This document shows positions 42,343 to 52,885 of a stretch of DNA of 64,000 nt, piece after piece. The first letter of the stretch is position 1. Each line of letters starts with the position of its first letter. Source of the stretch: Candidatus Latescibacterota bacterium (GTDB taxonomy: Bacteria > Latescibacterota > CBDEFO01); contig CBDEFO010000008.1 in NCBI GenBank assembly GCA_965237525.1, forward strand, positions 1,312,001-1,376,000. Direction: 5' to 3'. The notes under the pieces were generated by a model, which was given only the letters and a program-made list of their open reading frames with translations, searched no databases and had not been told where the DNA came from. The position numbers and the translations under genes were made by a program.

Positions 42343-43395
42343 CTACACCATTATCTCTCTCTGGTAGGCGAAAAGAGCCGGCGTTCCGCCTGTGTGGAGA
42401 AACATGACTGTCGCATCATTAGGGATATTTCCCTTCTGGATGCAATCAGAAAGTCCGGCCATAGCCTTGCCGGTATAAACGGGGTCTAAAAGGATTCCTT
42501 CCGTTCGGGCGACGAGCCTTATAGCCTCCAAAGACTCAGGCGTTACAGCTCCGTATCTTTCGCCCACATAGTCGTCATAGTTGGTTATCTCGTGAGGCGA
42601 CAAAGATATATCTATTTGCAGAAGCTTGGCAGTGTTGTTAGCTATATTAGCTATATCTACAGATCGCTCTTCTTCCCAGCGTATGGGCGCAATCCCGACG
42701 ATATGCGCATCCATCCCTATAGCCTTAGCTCCTAATTCTAATCCTGCCTGTGTCACATTAGCGGAGCTCAAGAAAAGATAGTCCACCTTTAAGTCTTCCT
42801 TTTGCATCTGCTTTTGAAGTTCTAGAACACAATTAACATAGCCCACAGCAGCCAGAGCAGTCGACTCTCCAACGACATTCATAACGTATGGATTGCGGCC
42901 TTGACCCTTCAACTTTGCAGCTGTATCCCTAAAGATCCCATCAAGCATGTAAGCGTCTTCCACGCCTCTGGCGCCCTCCACGATCTTTACCTCGGCTCCC
43001 AATATGTGGAATATCAGCATATTGCCCTGGGGTTCGGAACCCTTTGCGCCCGGAATCAGATGCAACACGATGTCTATACCCAATTTCTTGGCGGCCGCAG
43101 CGGTCTGACGGCAAAAATTCGACTGTGTCCCCGCTCCTGTTACGACAACGTCAGATCCCTTTTGGACTACGTCTCCAAAGAGATACTCCAGCTGACGAGT
43201 CTTATTTCCGCCGAAGGCAAGACCCGTAAGATCGTCTCTTTTCATAAAGATAGAGGGACCCTTTAGCGCCTCAGAAAGCCGGGGACATTCTTCGATAGGC
43301 GTCGGCAGGGCCGCAAGTTCGACTCTCGGTAATCTGTCGATCTTACTTTGAAGCTCTTCAGGAGTTAGGAGCCCATTTCTCACTATTTCGGTCAT
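42343..43395 (-). CDS. D-cysteine desulfhydrase / ACC deaminase family PLP enzyme
   Basis: PTP, KRDDLTGLAFGGNKTR, QSNF, EGILLDPVYTGKAMAGL and HTGG. Confidence 0.92.
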   Translation of the reverse strand: MTEIVRNGLLTPEELQSKIDRLPRVELAALPTPIEECPRLSEALKGPSIFMKRDDLTGLAFGGNKTRQLEYLFGDVVQKGSDVVVTGAGTQSNFCRQTAAAAKKLGIDIVLHLIPGAKGSEPQGNMLIFHILGAEVKIVEGARGVEDAYMLDGIFRDTAAKLKGQGRNPYVMNVVGESTALAAVGYVNCVLELQKQMQKEDLKVDYLFLSSANVTQAGLELGAKAIGMDAHIVGIAPIRWEEERSVDIANIANNTAKLLQIDISLSPHEITNYDDYVGERYGAVTPESLEAIRLVARTEGILLDPVYTGKAMAGLSDCIQKGNIPNDATVMFLHTGGTPALFAYQREIMV

Positions 43396-43740
43396 AGTAT
43401 AGCCCTCGTTCGTTTTAAGGTCTAAATTCTTCTCCTGACAGGTAGTCGCACCATTGTCAGTTAATAGAATCAATGTAGCCAACTTTTCATTCGATGTCAA
43501 GTTTCCCCGCTTTGCAAGAAAGCAATGAGCTGCAACGATTGAAGAGATTCGACAGGAAGATTCTTGATAGGGTGATGACTCCGGTCAATTACTCAGAATG
43601 TCCGGGGTTCATCTTCTGTGTTTGTTCCCCCATAATATACTATCCCGGTTCCCATCTTTACAACAGAACAAAGACAGATACCTGTTGTTGGTGTTGAAAT
43701 CTGATGAATTCATTTCTACTGCAGGAGCGCCTTATTTGAA

Positions 43741-45713
43741 ATGACATCAACACAAAGAAAGACTACATCCAACGCAGTAACAACAAAAACTTCAGGTATT
43801 ACTTCAGGTCTATTTTTATCGGAGCGCTGTTATCACTCTTTATAGGTATTGCTGTACCCTATTCCAGTATGATCATTAAGGGGACGCTCCTTGCCCAAAG
43901 TTACAGCACTCCTGCCGCCCTGTTTGTCTTCTTCATCTTCCTTGCGATCATCAACGTGATTTTAGGCGCCCTTAGAAGGAGCTTTGCCCTCAGCTCTGCA
44001 GAGTTAGCTACAGTCTATATTATGGCGATGATCGCAACAGCTATACCCACCTTCGGATTTTCCGAATACCTTCTACCTATCATCGCTGGCCTTTACTATT
44101 TTGCCACACCTGAAAACGACTGGGCATACCTTATTCATCGCCATGTTCCAGAATGGATAACACCAAAGGGTCCCGGTGCGATTAGGTATTTCTATGAGGG
44201 TCTCCCCCAAGGCCAGGCTGTGCCCTGGAAAGAATGGTTTGAGCCGATATTTTACTGGTGTCTGTTTATTGTCACGCTCTATCTTGTGATGATATGTACG
44301 ATGATAATATTGAGGAAGCAGTGGATGGAAAAAGGGAGGTTGCTCTATCCACTGGTACAGGTCCCCCTCGAGATGATACAGGACGATGAGAGGCGCTCTC
44401 TCGTCAAACCTTTTTTCAGGAATCCGGTTATGTGGATTGGTTTTGCCGTTCCCCTCATAATACAGAGTTTCAATGCCCTGCACAATTACTTACATTTCAT
44501 CCCGAAAATTGAACTATACATGAGCGTGCCGCTGTTCAGGAATACTACATGGATCCTCTTCTATTTGAACGTACCCCTGCTCTGTTATGCGTATCTTTTG
44601 AGTCGCGACATTGCATTGGGAATTTGGCTCTTTTTTCTTCTGTTGAAAGTAGAGAAGGGCATATTCAACATTATTGGCTTTGAGAGCACAGAAAATTTGA
44701 GCACGTATGCAAATGCGGCCGGTCCTTACCTTGCGCATCAGGCGATGGGAGCTATGATAGTCTTGGTGTTGTCAGGGCTATGGGTAGCCAGAGGACATCT
44801 TAAAGATGTGTTCAGGAAGGCCTTCAGGGGAGACCCGGATGTAGATGATTCAGGGGAGGTACTATCTTATCGAACAGCTGTTATTGGGCTTTTGATCGGA
44901 CTTTTTCTTATGAGCATCTGGCTCTGGAAGTCGGGTATTCCCATCTGGATTGTTCCCATATTCCTATTTGCAGTATTTGTTATATTTACAGCCCTGACCA
45001 GAGCGGTGATCGAGGGAGGTTCATCGGTCATCAGGTCGCCTATAATTCCTTCAGACTTCGTCGTTTCTGGATTGGGGACCAGTGTCCTGGGGTCATCCGG
45101 ACTGGTAGCCCTGGCGTTCACGTATGTCTGGAGCTCAAATTTGCGAATCTTCTTTATGCCCTGTTTTGCCAATGCCTTAAAATTGGCAGAGGAGATAAAG
45201 GGGAATAAAAGACCACTGATATGGGCGGTGGCAGTAGCTGTAGCAGTCACCTTAGCAGGGTCTATATGGGAGATTATCAATCTGTCTTACAAGCATGGCG
45301 GGATCAATCTCCACGAATACTTTTTCATCGGTGTTCCCCGAAATGCTTTTAGCTATATAGCTCCCAAATTCTCCGATCCTGTCGCGGCGAGCATAGGAGG
45401 ATGGATATTTACCGCCGTAGGTGCTCTTTTGATGGGTCTTTTGACGTTTGCCAGGTATCGGTTCTTGTGGTGGCCTGTACACCCTCTGGGATTTGCCACC
45501 AGCACGTTCTATTCTATGAATTGGGTCTGGTTCAGCGTATTCTTGGCGTGGCTCTTTAAGACTATAATACTCAAACATGGGGGAGCACCCTTGTACAGGA
45601 TGACGAGACCATTTTTCCTGGGATTGGTGTTGGGAGCGGTATTTGTTGCGGGGATGTGGTTGGTCATAGATTTTTTCACAGGGATGAACAGAAATGTCCT
45701 CGGATTTTATTAA
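43741..45713 (+). CDS. Polytopic membrane protein (DUF6785/DUF6784-like putative transporter); 1-nt frameshift near 43803
   Basis: AELATVY, ILRKQWME...L.YPL...P, WWPVHPLGF and RPFFLGLVLG. Restoring one T joins ATG 43741 to GITFRSIFIGALLSLFIG and to ORF 43869. Confidence 0.72.
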
Positions 45714-45905
45714 GGCGTAGGGGAATACGGAGATAAAAACTCAATCTGAATATTTGCAGCAGAACGGAGTACTGACGCCGCCGAAGAGGCAACGTCCGAA
45801 CGGAACGGATGACCCTAGAACCTGTGTTCCTTTAGAGAACAAAGTACGTCAGCGTCGCTGGTTATACTTGACTGCAACAGGAGAATCGCATATATTTCTA
45901 TCGTC

Positions 45906-46769
45906 TCATTTAGCCTTCTTCCCAAAGATAGGCTGTTCCAAGATGCTTTGGACTTCGTAGATAGAGCCAGTGCGATCGCTGTACGGACGGGGAATGCGCA
46001 CGGGAATCTGGGTAAGGCGCGGCTGGTATGTCGGCTCACCTTGGAGAATGCAGTTGTTGAAAGCGTCCCAATCAGGAACTCCTAAAAGGGGCCAGGCGTC
46101 AACAGCGCAGTATTGAAGGAGTAACAGACGGCGCGGCTTATTCGAGACGTTGGGAGCGGAACCGTGCAGTGTGCGGACGTGATGAATTGAAATGCCGCCG
46201 GCTCTGACCTCAAGAGGAATGGCGCCGTCAGGATCAAAATCGGGGTCAGTGACAGCACCGACGAAAAAGCCGTTTTGGTGATGGTTGTAGATCGGGCCCT
46301 TATGGGAGCCTGGGATTACGAGTAGGCAACCGTTTTCTTTCGTCATATCGTCAATAGCCACACCTACGGCCAAGAGGTCATCGTTAGTGTGGGGATAGAA
46401 CGCAAAGTCCTGGTGCCATTCTACTGAACTGCCGAATTCGGAGGATTTCATATTGAGTTTGTCGCCGTTATAGCGAATAGCTGGTCCGATTAATTGAGAT
46501 ACGATAGCAAGGATTCGGCTGTGGCGCAGAGTGCTATTGTAGACCTGATGGTTCAGTGACGGATTTTTGAGACGACGCAGTCGAGGTTCTTGTGGTGTAT
46601 GGCCGGGTTCGAGGTCAAAAACATCGGTGTGCTCCCTCATCTGACGTGATTTTTCGACAAATTCGTCTGTGACCCGGCAAAGTTCTGTGATCTCTTCTTC
46701 GGAAAGAACATTTTCGACGCTGATATAACCGTTTCTGTGGTAGAAGTCGATCTGATCTGGAGTAAGCAT
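45906..46769 (-). CDS. Phytanoyl-CoA dioxygenase (PhyH) family protein
   Basis: MLTPDQIDFY..NGY, WHQD, NGCL.VIPGSH, H...LHGSAPN and RR; AAGGAG RBS. Confidence 0.92.
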   Translation of the reverse strand: MLTPDQIDFYHRNGYISVENVLSEEEITELCRVTDEFVEKSRQMREHTDVFDLEPGHTPQEPRLRRLKNPSLNHQVYNSTLRHSRILAIVSQLIGPAIRYNGDKLNMKSSEFGSSVEWHQDFAFYPHTNDDLLAVGVAIDDMTKENGCLLVIPGSHKGPIYNHHQNGFFVGAVTDPDFDPDGAIPLEVRAGGISIHHVRTLHGSAPNVSNKPRRLLLLQYCAVDAWPLLGVPDWDAFNNCILQGEPTYQPRLTQIPVRIPRPYSDRTGSIYEVQSILEQPIFGKKAK

Positions 46770-46907
46770 ACAACTCCTTTCTAAACTTTGAAAAACTGAA
46801 AATAGCTTAACATATTCGGGGTTATAGCAATAAAGGTACAAAAGAAATTGGACAATGTCAATACGGATTGTGAAAAAATTTATCGCCTTCTACTTTAAGC
46901 GCGCTAT

Positions 46908-46928
46908 CCCCGACAGATTCGATCAGGG
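46908..46928. repeat. Degenerate palindromic element copy
   Basis: CCCCGACAGATTCGATCAGGG. Confidence 0.7.
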
Positions 46929-46951
46929 AAAGAGAAGCCAATCTCGTAGTC

Positions 46952-46981
46952 AGTAGACAGGTCAATCTGATCCTGTCTACT
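46952..46981. repeat. AGTAGACAGG/CCTGTCTACT hairpin (GTAGAC repeat family)
   Basis: Perfect 10-bp inverted repeat; the same GTAGAC/GTCTAC words recur near 4070-4090, 7540, 7640, 7805, 11945-12015 and 21590-21667. Confidence 0.7.
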
Positions 46982-47067
46982 ATTTTGGATCTTCATAAGC
47001 TTGCGCAGATCATTGTGACCGATACTTAGTAGATAGATTCAACCACTGTCAGACAAAGAAACAGCCT

Positions 47068-47907
47068 ATGGAGTCTTGGGTTATAGAAGTTCTAATAGAG
47101 GCACTGAAGATTACGAGTCTGGTCTTCGGAATGATGGTAGCCCTGGACATGGTAAACGTGGCCACAAAGGGACGGATTAAGGCCGTTATTCAAGGAGGCA
47201 GAGGGCGCCAGTACATAATCGCCTCATTTTTTGGGGCCACACCGGGCTGTCTTGGGGCATTTACCAACGTCTCGCTATATGTGCACGGAGGACTCACGTT
47301 CGGGGCGATCGTAGGTGGGATGATCGCTACCTCAGGAGATGAGGCCTTTGTGATGCTGGCGATGTTTCCCCGTAAGGCAGTTCTCCTATTTGTTGTCCTG
47401 TTTGTAGCAGGTGTACTGTTCGGGTGGCTGACAGACCGGATCGTACCGCGTCTTCATATTAGGGTAAGCGAAGACTGCCAGTTGGACGCCTATCATGAAG
47501 GAGAAGAGACGGGCGGACACTACATAAGGCTTCATGTTTGGATCCACATCGTGCGCACACACCTGTGGAAGGTATTTCTCTGGACATCTTCTGCATTAGT
47601 CTTAGTTCACATCGGTCTGGAATACTGGGATATGAGAGGCTTCGTCACGAACCATATGATGTGGGTGCTGTTACTTTCTGGACTTATTGCAGTAATCCCA
47701 CAATCGGGGCCCCATCTGATCTTCGTGATGCTCTTTGCAGAAGGTGTGGTCCCCTTCTCTGTGCTCTTTGTTAGCTCCTTTGTGCAGAACGGACATGGGC
47801 TGCTGCCCCTTTTGGCCTACTCTTTGAAGGATGCAGTCTTAATCAAGTTGTTCAGCACAGTGTTCGGATTAGGAGTGGGCATTGTCCTTTACGGATTGGG
47901 ACTGTGA
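47068..47907 (+). CDS. Putative metal (Mn/As) permease, DUF2899-like
   Basis: GATPGCLG, ATSGDEAFVM and IPQSGPH motifs; many TM helices. Confidence 0.75.
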   Translation: MESWVIEVLIEALKITSLVFGMMVALDMVNVATKGRIKAVIQGGRGRQYIIASFFGATPGCLGAFTNVSLYVHGGLTFGAIVGGMIATSGDEAFVMLAMFPRKAVLLFVVLFVAGVLFGWLTDRIVPRLHIRVSEDCQLDAYHEGEETGGHYIRLHVWIHIVRTHLWKVFLWTSSALVLVHIGLEYWDMRGFVTNHMMWVLLLSGLIAVIPQSGPHLIFVMLFAEGVVPFSVLFVSSFVQNGHGLLPLLAYSLKDAVLIKLFSTVFGLGVGIVLYGLGL

Positions 47908-47933
47908 ATTCGAGTAGGTAGTGGCGCATCTAT

Positions 47934-47954
47934 CCCCGACAGACTCAATCGGGG
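47934..47954. repeat. Palindromic element copy with extended ATCTAT/ATAGAT stem
   Basis: ATCTAT-CCCCGACAGACTCAATCGGGG-ATAGAT. Confidence 0.85.
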
Positions 47955-48007
47955 ATAGATGGGGAAAGAGGATTGTTCCGATCTACTGCTAAACAGGGAG
48001 GTTAATT

Positions 48008-49120
48008 GTGCAAGATGATACGATTCGCTTCGGAATCATCGGTGCTGCCGGCAGGGGGGACGGTTTTACCAGAGTCCTCCAAGGGCACCCTGAAGCTGTA
48101 GTTGTCGCTCTTTGCGATATCCAAGAGGATAAGGTGAGACAAATCTCCGAAGAGATCGGCGTAGAGCACGTGTTCACAGACGCAGAAGATATGCTCGATT
48201 CGGGAAAGATCGACGCTGTGGTTGCGGGGACGCCCATGCACTTCCATGTGCCGCAGTCGATTATGGCGTTGGAGCGAGATCTGCACGTTATCAGCGAGGT
48301 ACCCGCAGGGATATCAATAGAGGAGTGTCGTGACCTTGTGCGAGCAGCCAGACAGAGCAACGCGAGGTATATGATGGCGGAGAACTATACCTATATGAAG
48401 CCCAATATCCTGGTGAGAGAGCTGGTGCAAAGAGGACTGTTCGGTGAGATCTACTACGCAGAAGGCGCCTACATCCACGAGTTGAAGGCTCAAAACGAGA
48501 AGACCCCCTGGAGACGCCGATGGCAGACCGGCGTAAACGGCTGCACCTATGGCACCCACAGTCTGGGACCGGTGTTACAGTGGTTCGAGGGTCAGCGCGT
48601 TGTATCCGTCTGTGCCATGGGGACAGGACATCACTACAAGGACCCGAGAGGAGATCACTACGAGACAGAGGATTCGGTCACGATGATGTGTCGTCTATCC
48701 AGTGGTGCTCTAGTCCAGATCCGGGTCGATATGCTCTCCGACCGCCCCCACAATATGGCCCATTATGTGCTTCAGGGGACGGACGGATCTTATGAATCCT
48801 CAGATGCCTACAAAGGTATCCCCAAGATCTGGCTGAGGTCCCGAAGCGAGGAACTCCGGTGGGAGCCGCTTGAGAATCTCGAAGAGGAGTTTCTGCCTGA
48901 GTACTGGAGAAAACCGCCGGAGGCCGCCCTCAAAGCGGGCCACGGTGGAGGGGACTACTGGGAAGTGCACAACTTCATTATGGCTATCAAGCAGGACAAA
49001 GAGCCGACGATTGGCATAGATTGTGCAATGGATATGACCCTGCCTGGGCTTGCGAGTCAGCAGTCCATCGCCCAGGGCTCGACCTGGGTTGCTGTTCCGG
49101 ACTCGCGAAACTGGACGTGA
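48008..49120 (+). CDS. Gfo/Idh/MocA oxidoreductase
   Basis: GIIGAAGRG, SEVPA, MMAENY, YGTHSLGP and GHGGGD. Confidence 0.9.
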   Translation: MQDDTIRFGIIGAAGRGDGFTRVLQGHPEAVVVALCDIQEDKVRQISEEIGVEHVFTDAEDMLDSGKIDAVVAGTPMHFHVPQSIMALERDLHVISEVPAGISIEECRDLVRAARQSNARYMMAENYTYMKPNILVRELVQRGLFGEIYYAEGAYIHELKAQNEKTPWRRRWQTGVNGCTYGTHSLGPVLQWFEGQRVVSVCAMGTGHHYKDPRGDHYETEDSVTMMCRLSSGALVQIRVDMLSDRPHNMAHYVLQGTDGSYESSDAYKGIPKIWLRSRSEELRWEPLENLEEEFLPEYWRKPPEAALKAGHGGGDYWEVHNFIMAIKQDKEPTIGIDCAMDMTLPGLASQQSIAQGSTWVAVPDSRNWT

Positions 49121-49322
49121 CAGCAAAACTTTGACCAAGGGCGTTATATGAAATGGCTGACAAATACCAAAGGCAGATGGTAAGAAAACTCAGTTAGATA
49201 TTCCGAAATAAGTCTTTAATGATGGTTCTCTTTTGTGTAACCCGAATAATTCACAAAAAAAGGCCGTACATTAATTAAGAGATTGTATTATATTATAGTT
49301 ATGCGGTTTAACCACCTTCGGT

Positions 49323-49463
49323 GTCATTGCGAGCCGAAGGAGAAGCAATCTCGATTCTGTGGTAGATGTAATACTCTCGGGCTCTCATAGGAGACCACTA
49401 TAAAACCTTGAGATTGCTTCCCCGATAGACTCAATCGGGGACCGCTTTGCTCCTCGCAATGAC
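49323..49463. repeat. GTCATTGCGAG-type long palindromic repeat carrying a 21-bp element at 49420-49440
   Basis: Arms GTCATTGCGAG/CTCGCAATGAC and GAAGCAATCTC/GAGATTGCTTC; CCCCGATAGACTCAATCGGGG interrupts the right arm. Confidence 0.85.
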
Positions 49464-49694
49464 TCCACCAAGTTTATGAATTAATCGGGCTAATAGTGTT
49501 CTCGTTAGAGGGGTTAGAATAACTATCTTGCTTCTACCTCCAAAAAGAACCGTCATTATTGGACGTAGAGGAGCCTAATTGTGCGTCTTGGGAGGAACTG
49601 GATGGGACAAAGGTTATATCGGACCACGAAAAAAATACTTGACAAAGGTGCAACTATTCGTTATTTATAGGTGTTGGAGGAAAAGTAGGTCAAA

Positions 49695-49962
49695 ATGTAA
49701 GGTGGCAAACTCTATGCAGGAAATCTTAGTTATTCTGTAACTAATGAGGAGTTGGAAGAGTTATTTTCCAACTACGGTGAAGTCAGGCAGGTCAATATAA
49801 TCGAAGCTAAGGGTTTTGGATTTGTTGAGATGTCCAACTCATCGTAAGCTGAAGAAGCAAAAGAGGCATTGGACGGCACCGATTTTAGCGGACGTGCTTT
49901 GGAGAGTGTACGAAGCTCGCCCACCTATAAGTAGCCAAAGGAGGGGTCGCTGAAGATATTAG
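49695..49962 (+). pseudogene. RRM RNA-binding protein pseudogene
   Basis: M*GGKLYAGNLSYSVTNEELEELFSNYGEV...KGFGFVEM...*AEEAKEALDG...[frameshift]VYEARP: two TAA stops and a frameshift; TTGACA at 49639. Confidence 0.88.
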
Positions 49963-50051
49963 GACATTTGAGACCTAATCCTGATTGAGTGATAAGATCG
50001 CCATTTTGTATATCAGCGAATAAGAGAGGAATCTTATACTTTCCTTTTCCG

Positions 50052-50092
50052 CTAAATGCTAAGTGAAATTGCACTAAATGCTAAGTGAAATT
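50052..50092 (+). repeat. 19-bp perfect direct repeat (22-bp period)
   Basis: CTAAATGCTAAGTGAAATT at 50052 and 50074. Confidence 0.9.
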
Positions 50093-50121
50093 CCAGAATC
50101 CCCTCGAAAGGAGCAGAAAGT

Positions 50122-50862
50122 ATGAGGTTGACACCTGAGCAGAAAACGTTCTATGCGGACAACGGCTTTTTGGCTATTGAAAATGTGGTCCCTGCTAAGT
50201 TAATTGACAAGATGAGCAGGCGCATCGAAGAGCTATGCGAATCCTGGGATAGCGAAGAGGCAAGAAGGGTAGGTATGCAGCAGGAGGCAGAGATCGAAGG
50301 GACAATAGCGACGTCCAAGGCAAAGAAGTCGGTGCGGAAGTTCTACAATCTCATTCCCTATGAACCCGTCTTCAGGGAGCACGCAACGGACGGGGAGTTG
50401 ATAGAGCTGGTAGAAGATATCATCGGAAACCCCATTTGCCTCTATGCGGACCAAGCTCTGCTAAAACCCCCCATGGTGGGATCGGAGAAGATGCCACATC
50501 AGGACAACGCCTACTTTCGCGTCGAACCCGCCGACGCAGTCACAACCTGCTGGTGCGCCCTGGACGATGCCACAACCGAAAACGGCTGTATGCACTATCT
50601 GTCCGGCTCGCACAAGCGCGGACTTGTCGCACACGAAGAGATCCCGGGCACACCGCATCTTGTGCCCGATGACTTCGACCGGGACAAAACAGTTGCCGTG
50701 CCTATTAAAGCGGGCGGTATCATATTCCACCACTCATTGACACTTCATTTCTCACCCCCGAACAATACCCAAAAATGGCGCCGAGCGTTTGTATGCCACT
50801 TTGTCCGCTCCGATGCCACGATACCGGGAAAAGATCCGAAAGAGTTCCTCCAGCTTTCTTAA
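50122..50862 (+). CDS. Phytanoyl-CoA dioxygenase (PhyH) family protein
   Basis: MRLTPEQKTFY..NGF, PHQDNAY, NGCMHY..GSH and H.SPPN....RR. Confidence 0.92.
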   Translation: MRLTPEQKTFYADNGFLAIENVVPAKLIDKMSRRIEELCESWDSEEARRVGMQQEAEIEGTIATSKAKKSVRKFYNLIPYEPVFREHATDGELIELVEDIIGNPICLYADQALLKPPMVGSEKMPHQDNAYFRVEPADAVTTCWCALDDATTENGCMHYLSGSHKRGLVAHEEIPGTPHLVPDDFDRDKTVAVPIKAGGIIFHHSLTLHFSPPNNTQKWRRAFVCHFVRSDATIPGKDPKEFLQLS

Positions 50863-50875
50863 AGGGAAGAAAGGC

Positions 50876-51170
50876 ATGCTGATATCTGCGGAGAAAGTGC
50901 ACTTCCAAAGACAGGTAACTTGATTTGCCACAGTTTTTTTCAAAGGATGAACTGGAAGAACTTCGTGCCGCATCTGAGCGGTTAGTGGGCAAGTACACAG
51001 CGGGCCTGCACGGATGCCTCCCGCGGCTTGATAACGACAAAGATGCCCTTGGGGGCATGGGCCACATCCTTCCCAGTGACACGCGCGAAGGACTCTTTCT
51101 CGAAGCGGTAGAACATCCTGGTGTCTGGAGAGACTTGAAGCGGAGCCGGGCTATACGGATCTTGAACTGA
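50876..51170 (+). pseudogene. Truncated PhyH-like N-terminal remnant
   Basis: MLISAEKVHFQRQ, then a frame break to PQFFSKDELEELRAASERL; no catalytic motifs follow. Confidence 0.5.
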
Positions 51171-51312
51171 ACGCCTTACACTGCGACTGGTTTTATCGTT
51201 AAATTGATTGAAAGTGCCTGGGCCATTCAGTTTTCCGTTTTAATGGTGGGGAAGACCTAAAGCCGAGGAGGGCTAGCCCACCTTGCCAAAATTAACTGAA
51301 GTACGCCGTTGA

Positions 51313-51335
51313 CCCCCGATTGAATCTACCGGGGG
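51313..51335. repeat. Palindromic element copy
   Basis: CCCCCGATTGAATCTACCGGGGG. Confidence 0.85.
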
Positions 51336-51434
51336 CCGAACCTGAGCGGACACTACTTGGACACAAGTGCAAAAAGAAAAGGACTTCGCTTGGAAATAAA
51401 TTCTTCTAAGTGCTTTATGGGACGCAAGATATAG

Positions 51435-51482
51435 TGGAGGTGGCAAAGGGACTCGAACCCCCGACCTGCTCATTACAAGTGA
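51435..51482 (-). other. 3' half of tRNA-Thr(TGT): integrative-element att core remnant
   Basis: Minus strand TCA-CTTGTAA-TGAGC-AGGTCGGGGGTTCGAGTCCCTTTGCCACCTCCA; no D-arm or 5' acceptor strand upstream. Confidence 0.8.
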
Positions 51483-52032
51483 AATCTAAGGGGCTTATCT
51501 AACGTATTGTAAGATAGCAAGACATGCGATAAGACCCTATTTTACTTGACTTTATTACTTCTATGTAATATTATCAGCTTTAACGATTTTATACCACTTT
51601 TGACAGGCTATGGACACTAGTTGGACACCAGTTTTCTGTGCTTATCAATCGTACGTAGCTTTCGAACTCCCTATAAAGCTTTACAGTCGCATCTACATCA
51701 TGCATAGGATAATTCCGATTAGAGCTAACTATGGAGAGAAAAAGAAAAGGAGCTCTAAACAAGCCCATCAGCCTTGCTTTCAATTCCTCTAGATTCATTG
51801 GTTACACCTCCAATCGTTACTATTTCGCATATCTTTCCATTTCGGTGCGCTATCCGAAGTTCGTATATACCCCTTGTGAAAGATCGCTTCTGGTGTCTCA
51901 ACATTTTAGCCCTTGAATTTTAGTTCCCATAATTGGGAAGTTATATATACCTGAACCAATTATGATACTAATATGCATCTAAATTTTAGGCTATTTGCGA
52001 CCATTTCTGACGGGCTGTCTATTTGAGACTCT

Positions 52033-52737
52033 GTGAGCTTTTGTGCAAATTTATCTAACGACCCCAGTTTAACGGTATTCTGCTTCGTAACAGGTGGCTG
52101 GATCGTTTCGCTGTGCTTGCACGAAATTGGACATGCGGTTGTAGCCTATTGGGAAGGTGATAGAGATGTAGCGAATAAAGGTTACTTTACGCTCAATCCC
52201 CTCAAATATACTCATGGTTTGTTGAGCATCGTACTACCCATGGTGTTTCTAGCAATAGGAGGCATTGGTTTACCAGGTGGTGCGGTTTACATTGACATAG
52301 AAGCAATAAGGAGTAAATTTATGCGCAGTCTGATGTCAGCCGCAGGGCCTACAGCCACAGTTATGTGTACCATCGTTCTGTTAGTACCATTCAACACAGG
52401 TTTGGTAAGTGTCGATGTGTCCAATCATTCTGAATTCTGGGCTGGTCTATCGCTGCTTGCCTTTTTGCAAATTACCGCGCTTTTATTCAACCTGCTCCCA
52501 ATTCCTGGTCTTGACGGGTTTGGGATCATAGAACCTATTTTACCCAATATACTACTGAAGCTTACTCGTTATATGGGATCATTTATCTTCATCATTATCT
52601 TTTTGTTCCTCCTTTTCCTTGATACCCCTATAAGACAGGAATTCTGGTCAAGGATTTGGTCTATCAGTTCGCAGGTCAACCTCGATTTTGAATTGGTCAC
52701 CGCAGGTTTGAGGCTATATAACTTTTGGTCCACTTAG
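52033..52737 (+). CDS. Site-2 protease (peptidase M50); start uncertain
   Basis: HEIGH, TLNPL, AAGP and FNLLPIPGLDG. Confidence 0.88.
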   Translation: MSFCANLSNDPSLTVFCFVTGGWIVSLCLHEIGHAVVAYWEGDRDVANKGYFTLNPLKYTHGLLSIVLPMVFLAIGGIGLPGGAVYIDIEAIRSKFMRSLMSAAGPTATVMCTIVLLVPFNTGLVSVDVSNHSEFWAGLSLLAFLQITALLFNLLPIPGLDGFGIIEPILPNILLKLTRYMGSFIFIIIFLFLLFLDTPIRQEFWSRIWSISSQVNLDFELVTAGLRLYNFWST

Positions 52738-52885
52738 GAGACAAATTATCTGAAAGGGCTTAGACACCATATGAGTAATCTTGATTTACTGTATAAAGAT
52801 GAGCCCAGGACAAAAAATGGCAATTATCGGAAACAAAATAACTGGTTGAGAAGCTGCATGTCTAGAGAAGGAGGGAGGGCTTAAA

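Noticed and set aside
51435..51482. Functional tRNA-Thr
   Set aside because: The D-arm and 5' acceptor strand are absent.
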